Shown here in pieces: positions 13,738-27,353 of a DNA stretch of 35,905 bases (position 1 is its first letter; each line of letters opens with the position of its first letter). The stretch comes from Octopus bimaculoides (taxonomy: Eukaryota). Below the pieces are notes generated by a model. That model was not told the DNA's origin, ran no database searches, and saw only the letters and a list, made by a program, of their open reading frames with translations. The position numbers and the translations under genes are program-made. The stretch covers positions 94,959,070-94,994,974 of the forward strand of contig NC_068986.1 of assembly GCF_001194135.2 (NCBI RefSeq), in the 5' to 3' direction.

Positions 13738-15481
13738 CGCGTATGTATGTAGCCTCGGGCCGACCAAAGCCTTATGAGAGGATTTGGTAGACGGAAACTG
13801 AAAGAAGACCGTCTTATCCATGTGTGCGTGTGTGTGTGCGCGCGCGCTCGTGTGTGTATTTGTGCGTCAGTGTTTGTCCCCCAACATCGCTTGACAACGG
13901 ATGTTGGTGCGTTTACCTCCCCGTAACTTAGCAGTTCGGCAAAACTGACCGATAGAATGTGTACCAGCCTTACAAAGAATAAGTTCTGAGGTCGATTTGC
14001 TCGACTAAAGGCGGTGCTCCAACATGGCGACTGCTGTCAAATGACTGAAGCAAGTAAAAGAATAAAAGAATAAAAGAATATATACAGTTGAAATTTACAG
14101 AAAAAACAAAAGACAAAGACAGGTGTAGGAACAACAAGCATCTGTATTAGTTTAACGCTCGGGAAGAATGGAAAAGTCTTTTACGTTTCGAGCCTACGCT
14201 CTTCGACAGAAAGGAATAAGAGGGGAAAAAACAGAGAGAATGAAGAAAAAAAGGAGAGAGAGAAATTCTGTAGAGATTAACAATTCAATACAAAAGATTT
14301 TTATTTTATTTTTTCACCATACAGCCTCATCAGAAAACTGTGGTCGCGCTGACGTTGCGCCTGATCTCAAAGGCAGAATACGAAATAAAGGAAAATCCTC
14401 AGGTATTTGGCAAAAGTATTAAAGAGACAATCACGTAAGTAATGTCATCTTACAGTTTGAAGACTACTTAATAATACGTTAGCCCTCTAAGCCATCTGTT
14501 AGACATATGAACAATTAGTATCGAGTGTATTTAGTTTGTTACTGAAGGTGGTATCTTGACGCTGGTATTAAAGGTGGTATCTTTCCCCGCAAGGGTTGAA
14601 CGGCAAGCCATCTTGGGGTGCTTTGAGACTTCCTATGTACATATCACCCAATTTGTATTTCTGGGAGGCTGAACTATTTTAGACGCCCTAGCGATTCCAA
14701 TATTAACAATCTTTTCTTTATTGTCCATAGGGTCGCACTATTTATTGATCATGCTTCAAAAACCCTGTGGAGAACTCTTGTTCTTCCAAGACATGATGCT
14801 TTTTTTAGATGTTCTATATTTATATTTGCTCCGCTCATTTTGAACCACGTTGGTAGTTGAGTACTGATATTTCCAAGCGTGCCAATTATTATCGGTATCG
14901 CGTTTAATCTCTTCATTGCCAACAACCTACGTATTTCCCACTTCAAATCATCATAGTCGTTCAAGGCTTCTTCTTTTCTCCTTTCACTCCGATCCTGTTT
15001 ATTATTATTATTGTTCAGTAGTTTTATTTTTATAACGTGCTTTCACTTCACTACCGAGCGCAGCTCTGTGCGCCTTGGGTATGTGCTGTGGTTTGCTGTG
15101 ATGCTCTTATGTTTACTGTATTGAAAGTGTTTTGCGTAGGATGTGTGCAGTACCCAGTAGTGCAATTTTCTGTATGTTATATATATTTGTAAGTCCTGGT
15201 GTTTTTGTTATGTATTTGTCTGAATATTTTTTATTAGACCTAAGACACCTACTATGATAGGAATTGTTTCTGTTTTTAGATTCCACATTCGAGTTATCTC
15301 TATTTCCAGGTCTTTGTATTTTGAAAGTTTTTCCATTTCTTTTAGAGAAACATTGTCATCTGCTGGTATTGATACATCAATTAGAAAGCATTTTTTTCTT
15401 CATGATCTTTGACAACTATATCTGGTCTATTTGCCATTATTATAATTATTATTATTACTATTATTATTATTATTATTATTA

Positions 15482-15528
<47 letters not shown>

Positions 15529-16079
15529 GAGTGAGCGAGAGAGTAGTGCATGCCATCAAATTGACACTGAGGTAAAATATACGAAGCCTAGTATATCCAT
15601 CATGGCTTCTCGTCTGATAAGAGTACACCTTGGACATGCATCACAACCATATGTGCGCGACATGATCATCTCATATCAAGATAAACAACACATGATCTTG
15701 AAGGTGGGGGCCCAGTTAGAATATTCATCAGGTTGAGTAGCCCATCCTGCTCAAAAGGTCACCGAATAAGGGTTGTTTAAGGATGATGAACGACACACTA
15801 ATTATCCAAACCCCAAAGAATTCCTCTCAACACATGGTTATGATGTTCCCCCACTACTTCTGCTCATGATTAGAGATGCACATATCGTCAGCCACCAAGG
15901 GACATGCTCAACTGGTTAAGGTCAAACAACTGACAAGCAAATATGTGGTATTGAGTAGAATATTTGTTGTAGCACATCTTTTATACCAAGACAAAACAAT
16001 GTACATGACACTTCCAATCAATTAAGATCAGAAGCCACTGCCTGGTACTGTATTCGGGCATTATTATTATTATTATTAC

Positions 16080-16140
<61 letters not shown>

Positions 16141-17313
16141 TGTATTCTTCTTGTTAAAGGCGTGAAGGGATGCTGATTCCTCTCATCGTTACCAGTTGCA
16201 TCAAGGAAATCGAGAAAAGAGGTAAGTGAATTTAGCAAGACTCTCACTAAATAATTTTCCACGTGACAACACGACTAGGGGACAATGTTATCCCATGATC
16301 TCTGCTGTCCCTTTGCTTTGTGCAGCATTATAACTTTTTTTTAGCGTAGACAACTGGGCTAAAAATATTGCATAATCGTTCGTCAGTGTCAATCATTGAA
16401 ATGCGGCCATGCTGTGGCACACTCTTCAACGGTTTTTAGTCGATCATATTGACCTCAGCCGGATATTATTTCATCGGATTCTTTTTATCGAAACGTTAAA
16501 TGTGCTTCGATCTGTAGGGACACAATTCCGGTTTACAACGCAAAGTATAAACATAAACACTGAAACGGGTACAAATATGCATGGAGACACGTGTGTGTGC
16601 ATGTGTGTGAGTGTACTGGTGCTCCGTCTGTTGCGACGACGAGGTTTTCAGCTGATCCAAACATCGAAACAACCTGCTTGTGAAATTAACTTGCAAGTGG
16701 CTGAGCATTCCACGGACAAGTGTATCCTTCACATAGTTCTCAGAGAGATTCAACGTGACACAGGAATGTGACATGGTTGGCCCCTTGAATAATAAGTACA
16801 AGTCATTTTTGCCAGCTAAGTGGACTGGAACAACGTGAAATAAAGTGATCTTCTCAAGGACATAATCCACTTACGGGAAATGAAATCATCCCCGCACTTA
16901 AACACATATTATGCCACTTTGTGGGCGTGGACCGGTGCAGTAACACCGGATGCAGGGCATGGTGCAAAGAAGATTCCTCGGGTGGCATAATATGTGTTTA
17001 AGTGCGGGTATTTAGATCTCAGCTTCGCTGCATTGAGAGATTCTATCAGTTTGGGAGGATATGTTCAAACACTTGAGCTGATAGAATCTCTCAATGCAGC
17101 GAAACTGAGATCTAAATACCCGCACTTAAAAGCATATGGAGTCTTCTTTTCCCTCTGCCCTGCATCTGATGCTATTGCACCAGTCCGCGCCCGCTCGGAA
17201 TAGTGCATCATGAAGACGAAACAATTGTCGTGATAATAGATTGTTTTTCGGTACACCTCGTCTTCTCCATTAATCTTTAATATATACATATATATATGTG
17301 TGTGTGTGTGTGT

Positions 17314-17349
<36 letters not shown>

Positions 17350-18612
17350 GCGTGTGCATGTGAATGTATGTATGTATGTATGTATGTATATTTCGTGCTC
17401 TCTTTTGTCCATGTATATGCGTTTATATTTATTAGGTTTATAAATATTCAACGAATTAATGTATATTTCATTATTTATTTTTAAGGACTGGACCAGGAAT
17501 CGTTATACATTTCGAAGGGGAACACGCTAAATGTGTGTCGCCTGTATCAAGCATTTGAACATTGTACGTATTTATTTATATCTGAGAATATGTCAGCTTA
17601 TTTTCCTAATTATTAAGCTATATATCCTCATATTTATTGCTGTGAGCATTAAAAAGTCTAACTATATTTAGCAGCATGTATAAGCGTTTTAGTTCATTTT
17701 CTGGAAATTATTCGATGCAACATAGAAATAATTAAAAATTTCCAAGAGTTTTGTAGAATATGTTCTCAACACCTATCTTAAGTTATCTTGTTAATTAGGC
17801 GTGAAAATTATCCCAGTACACAGAATATTAATATGCCAGTCGGCCAGCGAACAACAAATTTTGTCGACATTTCAAGAACGTTTCATTGGACCCCTCCAAG
17901 TGTTTGCGATGATTGTTGGTAATACGATTACACGATATCTAGAAGGCACATGGTCTAGCAGTTAGGGTATTCGACTCATGATCACATAGTCGTAAGTTCA
18001 ATACTGGTACTAAGTGGTGCGTTGCATCCTTCAACAAATCACTTCATTTCAAGTGTCTGCAGATCTACTCAGTATAATTCGTTTCAACCGATTGTTGGTA
18101 CCGCCCCACCCTGTCCTTGCAGCTGCATTATCCCGAATATTCCATGCGATCAAGGGCGAAATAGGTTTCTATGTCTGATCGCGAACACATAAGAACTGAA
18201 AACAATTAATGAAAGCATGGTAGATTCTACTAATCCATTCTCGCTTGTGTACAAAGCAGTTCAAACGTTTGGTGACCTTATTATACAGCTGAGCCAAGTC
18301 GGACTGTTAGCTGGGTTTCATCTATCCAAGAATAAGACAACAGATGATGATGTGGGAACCAAGCGTAACTGTTTTTATACTTTTATTCTGTGAGTTTTTT
18401 AATGGATTGTGGCCATGCTGGTACGCCATGTTAATTGGCTTAAGTCTATCATATCGAACCTAATAATTATTTCAGGCATGTAATTATGGTAGCCATCTCG
18501 ATTCATCGAATAACTAAATTGCTTCATGATATAAACCGGTACTACTCGACCTGCCATTTTAAACCAATATACGTGCACATACATGCACACATATCTATTC
18601 ACCACACGCGCG

Positions 18613-18661
<49 letters not shown>

Positions 18662-19301
18662 GCGTGATAAGAAGGTCGCTTCCCAACCACATGGTTCTGG
18701 GTTCAATCCGACTGTGTGACAATCGGGCAAGTGTCTTCTACTATAGCTTGGGTCGACCAAAGCCGTGTGAGTGGATTTGGTAGACGGAAATTGAAAGCCC
18801 GTTGTGTGTGTNNNNNNNNNNNNNNNNNNNNNNNNNNNNNNNNNNNNNNNNNNNNNNNNNNNNNNNNNNNNNNNNNNNNNNNNNNNNNNNNNNNNNNNNN
18901 NNNNNNNNNNNNNNNNNNNNNNNNNNNNNNNNNNNNNNNNNNNNNNNNNNNNNNNNNNNNNNNNNNNNNNNNNNNNNNNNNNNNNNNNNNNNNNNNNNNN
19001 NNNNNNNNNNNNNNNNNNNNNNNNNNNNNNNNNNNNNNNNNNNNNNNNNNNNNNNNNNNNNNNNNNNNNNNNNNNNNNNNNNNNNNNNNNNNNNNNNNNN
19101 NNNNNNNNNNNNNNNNNNNNNNNNNNNNNNNNNNNNNNNNNNNACAAATGGTGCAAATACAGCAAAATCAGCTCGCAGCGCCACTTACCGAGATTGTCGG
19201 ATGCAAACATTTCGAAGTGTTTATCTCCCCTTCAGCCACACAGCTAAGATGTCAAAATATCGTTCACTAGATAACAATGGTACTCTTCTTTTAATTTTGA
19301 T

Positions 19302-19355
<54 letters not shown>

Positions 19356-21262
19356 TACTATTATTATTATTATTATTATTATTATTGTTATTATTATTAT
19401 TATTAAGGTTGCTTATTCGCAATTTACAAAGGGCACAAGTATAGAGGTCACTAGAGTGACTGAGGGTGCTAGTCAGCACCAGTATTGCTAGGAATAAGGG
19501 TCAGAACAACTCTTAGTCACAGGGTAGTATTTATCTAATGACTGACAAGGGAGACAATCTCCCTACAACAAGCGTGGCAGAGCCAGATCACCGATCAATG
19601 ATTTCGGATTTGATTAATCCTCATCAGTAACTCTCATCCTGTAGCCGAGGGTTAAAGCTAACTCGCCATGTATGTATATGTATATGTGTATACGTCGAGG
19701 TTGCAGCTTCCGTCTAGTAGATTCTATTTAGAAGGATTACTGGGACCACCTTCGGTCATAACTGACCATGGGATTGCACCTAGAAGTTACCCTCCCAGGC
19801 ACAAGTCCGGGCAAGGTTGTTTATGGAAGACCAGCAGTCGCCCATGCATACCGGCGACCAATGTTATCCAAGGGAAAGACAAAAGGGCCGATACAGCTTG
19901 GCACCTGTGACGTTGCAACTCATTTCTACAGCTGAGTGAACTGGAGCAACGTGAAATAAAGTGTCTTGCTCAAGAACACAACACGCAGCCCGGTCCGGGA
20001 TTCGAACTCACAACCTCACGATCGTAAGCTCGACGCTCTAACCACTGAGCCATGCGCCTTCACTTAGAGGGATTAGTCACCCAGAAATTAAGGTGCCCCG
20101 TCTTCGTTCTGAAGTGATCTTTTAACCACACAGCCATGCCTATGTGTGAATACAAATATTGTAAATATAGAAATATGGTGAAAGTTCGTGATCGCATGTT
20201 TGGTATGTCGCATTCATAATCACAAGATTGTGACTTCGATTACTGGATCGAGTGGGTCGATTTGCTTTTGAGCAAAGTACTTCATTTCAATGTTCCCCGG
20301 TCCACTCAGCTATAAATGAGCGACTTTAGGATGGACTAGCGTCCCGTTCAGTGGTGGTGGGTATGTTTTTAATCTCGATCAATTATACGTCATGGAAAAT
20401 GGCCCCATGAACTTACTAAGAATATAATATGTAAATATAAGACGGTGAGCTGGCAGAGTCGTTAGCACACTGGGCGAAATGCTGTCTTCATGTTCTGAGT
20501 TCAAATTCCACTGACGTCGACTTTGCCTTTCATCCTTTCGGGAGTTGATAAAATAAGTGCTAGTTAAGTACTGGGGTCGACATAATCGCCTTACCCCCTC
20601 TTCCGAAAATACTGGCCTCGACAGCATTTCGTCCGTCTTTACGTTCTGAGTTCAAATTCCACTGACGTCGACTTTGCTTTTCATCCTTTCGGAGGTTGAT
20701 AAAATAAGTACCAGTTAAGTACTGGGTCGACAAAACCGACTTACCCCCTCTTCCGAAATTTCTGTTCTTATGCCAAGATTTGAAATCAATTATAGTATGC
20801 AAAGAGAAAATTAATAGTTCGAGAAATTATAACTTAAAAACTGTTTTTTTCACATTTTTTAAGGTCTTTTGCCTTCCTCCAAACAGGTTCGAATTCAGCC
20901 GTTGAACTCATCCAAAACCAGAAATACACCATACACGACATTTCACAATTACTACTGTGGTACATCAAAACATTGCCGATATCATTATTACAGTGTCCAG
21001 ATTCATTCATCCTCCTATACGGTGAGAACAACTACTTACCCATATTTAACATCCTTGTTTCTTTGCTTTCCTATTCTGCATGAAGCTCGATATGAAATCC
21101 GTAGTTGGGTTTCGGAGTTGCGTCCCGTGACTTTCCTGAAAAGAATCCTCAGTCGTGCTAAAGGTATTCCTTTCCCTTACAGCAATAACGTTAATTGATT
21201 TTACTTTTAATGCGTAGCAGCACATTATTTTGAATATGTCAGTATTCATATATCTCTCTCTG

Positions 21263-21302
<40 letters not shown>

Positions 21303-22044
21303 NNNNNNNNNNNNNNNNNNNNNNNNNNNNNNNNNNNNNNNNNNNNNNNNNNNNNNNNNNNNNNNNNNNNNNNNNNNNNNNNNNNNNNNNNNNNNNNNNN
21401 NNNNNNNNNNNNNNNNNNNNNNNNNNNNNNNNNNNNNNNNNNNNNNNNNNNNNNNNNNNNNNNNNNNNNNNNNNNNNNNNNNNNNNNNNNNNNNNNNNNN
21501 NNNNNNNNNNNNNNNNNNNNNNNNNNNNNNNNNNNNNNNNNNNNNNNNNNNNNNNNNNNNNNNNNNNNNNNNNNNNNNNNNNNNNNNNNNNNNNNNNNNN
21601 NNNNNNNNNNNNNNNNNNNNNNNNNNNNNNNNNNNNNNNNNNNNNNNNNNNNNNNNNNNNNNNNNNNNNNNNNNNNNNNNNNNNNNNNNNNNNNNNNNNN
21701 NNNNNNNNNNNNNNNNNNNNNNNNNNNNNNNNNNNNNNNNNNNNNNNNNNNNNNNNNNNNNNNNNNNNNNNNNNNNNNNNNNNNNNNNNNNNNNNNNNNN
21801 NNNNNNNNNNNNNNNNNNNNNNNNNNNNNNNNNNNNNNNNNNNNNNNNNNNNNNNNNNNNNNNNNNNNNNNNNNNNNNNNNNNNNNNNNNNNNNNNNNNN
21901 NNNNNNNNNNNNNNNNNNNNNNNNNNNNNNNNNNNNNNNNNNNNNNNCAGAGGCGTGGCATCATTCGAAAGCTAAAACGACGCAAACCGTATTGTGACCG
22001 GCGATATAAACATCCAGTGGTCTGATCGATCAAGTCATCACATA

Positions 22045-22103
<59 letters not shown>

Positions 22104-22447
22104 CGCGCGTGTGTGTGTTGTGTATGCATATAGCGTATATGTCTACATGGTTTGAATACTGCGTATGCACACTGCGAAGCAAAATAGATCTCAATACTCA
22201 GTATAGAGTAAAATATTTCTTCGGGTAACCAGACAAATCGAAGCATCTCAGTCGCTCTCAGTTCTTCAGACTGCGGTTATTGATGTAGCTTATCTCTATA
22301 TTTATATGATATCGGTTGATCGAAATGTTGTAGCAGTACTGAGACTGGCGTATTGTTGATAGGATGGGGTGATGGCTGGTGACTGTTTCGTCGTGTAGTT
22401 AATGTTGTAATGTGGTGTATGGTGGTGAGTTGCTTACATAGATAGAG

Positions 22448-22510
<63 letters not shown>

Positions 22511-22747
22511 CAGACAGGCTGCGAGCTGGCAGAAACGTTAGCACGCCGGGCGAAATGCTTAGCCGTATTTTGTCTGCCGTTACGTTCTGAGTTCAAATTC
22601 CGCCGAGGTCGACTTTGCCTTTCATCGGTTCGAGGTCGATAAATTAAGTACCAGTTACGCACTGGGGTCGATGTAATCGACTTAATCCCTTTGTCTGTCC
22701 TTGTTTGTACCCTCTATGTTTAACCCCTTATGGACAATAAAGAAATA

Positions 22748-22830
<83 letters not shown>

Positions 22831-25800
22831 CAGACACACGGACGGACAGACAGAGAGGGAAAAAATGCGTGTATACGTGTGTATATACGTGGATGTATGC
22901 ATGCGTCTGTGTGTGCGCGTAGGCGTGTATGGTGAAACCGAAACGAGCCAAAACTCCATAACTACATCTAACACATATCCAACACGCAAACGAAACCACC
23001 GCTATCAAACCACTGTAAAAGGTGGTACCTCCAGCTTCAGCATAATCAAGGCTGCAAGAAGATTGCAGAAGAACGCTGGATATTGAGCAAGAGCCACAAT
23101 AGCAGTTGAGCAGATCCAGGTTCTTCTACAAGAGATACAAACAAATCTGCTATGAACCAAAAGACTCGTCTCGTTTAGAGAGGCGATGGAAATGTTGCTT
23201 TAAGCGTTTCCCGTGAGCCTTGGGATAAATGGCCAGGTGAATGGTAAAACGCTGATTTGTGTGGCTTAAGATCTGGTGAGTGGAAAGGGCTGCACACACT
23301 TAAGAAGACAATGCCTAGGAGTGATTTCAGGTGATGAAGACTTCGTTATTTTTGCCAGGCGATATGGGACAAAATAGAGATAAAATTCGCCTCACGGCCA
23401 TGCTCAAACGTGAGAAATTGACTCTCATTTCGATGTATTTTGGAAGGTGAAAAGAAAGGTGATGGTGTTGGATGTGCAATCCGAATTGAACATCTGGTAA
23501 GTAGTGGTTTCCGATGCGCTAGAAGGGTGTGTCACAGTCATGGACATGAAGTACTACAAGATGCTTTGGATACCTCGAAAAAATCTTCAGCCAGAAGCAC
23601 CTTCATGGCAGCACTACCATCCTTCCAACGCCATCCCTCCAAAAATAGTGGACGAACAACACAACGTACAAAAACTCACACAAACAAATCAGACCAATAC
23701 GGTCATGCTGTTACTCTTTCCATCTGTGACGTCTCTCCTCCAGAGATTTCAACAATCTACCCACACGAGGAGAGACCATGGAAACAATTCGTGGCAGGGA
23801 GACGTAAAAGAGGAAGAATATGGTGGGGTCGAATGAGATTGCTGAAAAACTCTTCATAATCGACACCATATTTGGTACTTTGTGAAACAACACATTTGAC
23901 TTACTTTAAGCCAGTGAAATGTCAACACACAACAGAAGCAATCGACTGGTAGCTTGCAGTGTGTCGAAGCTCTCATTATATTATTTGAAACATCAAATAT
24001 TAAAATGAACGCATTGTAGTCAAAGGAAATAAATGTGACAATGAGTTACTGCATTTGCCATTCGTAGGTATATTCCCAAGTCCTCCTGGGAAACGTATCG
24101 AGCAGAAGAATCCCAGTCAGTCCACGTGATACTTCCTCATCTGCCGTGACCATGTGGAATGCTGTCGACCAACACGCGCCGTCAACTCAGCCGGGTCCTC
24201 AGTGAAAAGAATAGGGTCTAACTCAGAAAATCGAGCAACATGAACAAGCAGTCGGAGCTGCCATCTGTATGATTCGAAGAACAAGGAGATATAAGAATTT
24301 TCATGATCCAACATTTCAATGACAGCTTCATTTAAAAGCTCGTTCTAAAGCTGGAGAAACTGGAACGGGCAGGTGTTCGCCATGTGGCAATAATGCAATT
24401 GAATATGGGATGAATGGACAGGACAACTTCGTCCTACCTTATGATCCTTTATAATTAGACACGTCCAACATACAAAAATAGCAGTCGTTTTGATGGTCTG
24501 TCGGTTCTTGCCAGCTTCTCGGAATATCAAACGGCATGCATTTCCCAATTTTCCATCCTTCTAATGTAAATTTGTAACTACCACAGATGACATAATGAAC
24601 CCTGGTTAGTCCCGGTCTCGAATGGGATTGCCGAAAAATTCTTCATAATCGACACCATATTTGGTACTTTGTGAAACAACACATTTGACTTACTTTAAGC
24701 CAGTGAAATGTCAACACACAACAGAAGCAATCAACTGGTAGCCTGCAGTGTCTCGAAGCTATCATTATATTATTTGAAACATCAAATATCAAAATGAATG
24801 CATTGCAGTCAAAGGAAATAAATGTGACACAAGCTAAATATTGAAAGACTTCGTGATTCTTTATTAATTTTCTTTTTGTACAACTCTTACAATTTTCAAA
24901 AAATAGCTTACTTGAATATTTGTAAAATACTGCTCTTATATACTAGAACAAAAAAAAAACGACTTCATGAGTTTCATAAATATGCAAACATGTTTTCTTG
25001 CGTTTACTCGAACAGTTCTATCAATAGTAGCCTATTGTTATGCGGTTTATTGTCTGTATGAATATTTTAGCATCAGTGAAGTCTACCATTTTTTTTTTAT
25101 TCTGGAAAGTTCTAAACAAAAGCAGAACCTTGAAATTAGTGTAATTTCAACACAGTGTTACACGACAGAAAAAAAAATTGTTTCGATATAACTGATAAAA
25201 TATTGATGCTATTATGAAAAGAATGAAAATAATTTTACCGTCATGTTTAGAACGCTGAAAATATGCAAGAAACTTTAAAGAAAACGTCACGTGAAGAATT
25301 TTCTGTTGTGATGTGTTACAGACAAAATTCATTCAGGTGGCTCTGCTCTAACGGCTGGGATGGATTTGTCTGTTCGAATCTGTTTAAAATGCGCGCAGGT
25401 TAACGTAACTGCCGTCGGTACTCATTCGTTCAATGGCTGTTTTTTGTTTATGTTGAGTACCGTTTATCAGGTTATTTGAAACGGATTCGCCTTTCAGCCG
25501 ATCTCTTGGAAAGATAGACCAATCGTCTTTTTTAGCAAGAAAGAGCGAGTCGTCTACCGCTCTCTGATTGCTATGACAAAGGGAATTGTATCGTTGATAC
25601 TGTTGAAAGGTTTATGACAAAGCTTTTTCTCCCCGGCTAAGGTCTTATCAATTTTTACAATATCATTTAGGAGGAATGTATGAGTAAAGAGAGAGAAGTG
25701 CTAACCCCTTGTGTAATTTATGGATGACAGTAACAAAAATAAGCATGGATAAATGGGCCCCTAATTAACAATGAATTTGTAAGCTGACACCAAGAACTCA

Positions 25801-26939
25801 TGCAGGCACTTGCTTTTTGGTATGTATATGTAATCTTGTGGTCATATCATTCCATTTAGTGGAAATTTCGTTTTATTTTATTGTTCTGTTGTGTTATTGC
25901 TATTTATCATTTGCTGTCTTTATTGTTTAGTTATTTCCCCGCTTTTAACTAATATAAATTCCCCACTAATATGTTTTTCTTTTGGATTTTTGCCTTTATC
26001 TTGTTTCCCCGATCTCGTGGGTCCTTGTAACCAATAAAAGAATTCATCATTATGATTGATATTGAGTCGGCGAGTTGGCAGAATCGTTAGCACGCCGGGG
26101 AAAATGCTTAGCGACATTTCTGAGTTGAATAGCCGACGCGGTCGACTTTGCCTTTCATTCTTTTGGGGTAAATAAATCAAGTAACAGTGAAACACTAGAG
26201 TGGATGTAATTGACTAGTCCCCTCCCACCAACTTTCAGGCTCTGTGCCTTTAGTAGAAAGGATTATTATTGTTAAGGCAGCGAGCTGGGCAAAATGCTTT
26301 GCGGCATTTCGTCCATCTTTACGTTCTGAGTTCAAATTCCGCCGAGGTCGACTTTACCTTTTATCCTTTTGGAGTCGATAAACTAGGTACAGTTGAGTAC
26401 TGGCATCGATGTGATCGACTAGTCCCCTCCCCTAAAATTCAGGCTTTGTGCCGTTAGTAGAAAGGTTATTATTATTATTATAGTTATCATTTTCCAATTG
26501 GCTTGCATTTTATTTTATCTTTTGACGGAGTCTCAACCAGAAACCTCAGGCACGTATATATTAAATATAGAGAAACTTCCTGAGAATGTCGGTGGTTAAT
26601 ATCGACACAATTTTCTGAGTCACATTGATTGTTAGTATCCCAGGGATCTAGTCGAAAAACTTTTCAGTACCTTTTTTTTTATCATTCCCGGGGCACCTAC
26701 AACATCAGGGATGGTTTTGATTTTTAATTGCCACGTCCAAGATATCTCAATCTCAAGGTCCTTATCTTTCGACAGTTTTTCAAATTCCTTTGTTGAGATG
26801 TTTCTATCCGTAGTTACTGTAACGTCAATTAGCAGGCATGTTCTTTACTTTAGGTCTTTGATGACGATGTCTGATCTGTTAGCATCTATTTGCCTGTCTG
26901 TATGTATCCCAAAATCTCATACGATAGTAACATTCCCTC

Positions 26940-26992
<53 letters not shown>

Positions 26993-27314
26993 GTGAGTGA
27001 GTGAGAGAGCAGTGCATGCCATCAAAGTGACACAGGGGTAAAATATACGAAGCCCATTATACCCATCATGACTACCCGTCTGATAAGGGTACACCAGGCA
27101 CATGCATCACAACCATATGTGCGCGACATGGTGATCTCATATCAAGATAAACAGCGCATGACCTCGCAGGTGGGGCCTAGTTAGAATTTTCTTCAGGTCG
27201 AGTAGCCCATCCTGTTCAAAAGGTCCCTAAATAAGGTTTGTTTAAGGATGTTGAACAAAACACCCATGTTTCCAAAGGTGAATTATTCAAACCCCCAAAG
27301 AATTCCTCTCAACA

Positions 27315-27353
<39 letters not shown>

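Noticed and set aside
14713-14733. 17-nt identity (tatggacaataaagaaa) between the R4-like 3' end and the SINE A tail (22729-22745), as evidence of a LINE-SINE partnership
   Set aside because: Short and AT-rich; a similar isolated tail occurs at ~490-518, so a stray SINE remnant or chance match is as likely
23829-24829. 212-bp direct repeats as LTRs of a TRIM
   Set aside because: No TG start at the homology boundary, no TSD, no PBS or PPT; the interior encodes a DNA-transposase fragment that begins inside the repeat
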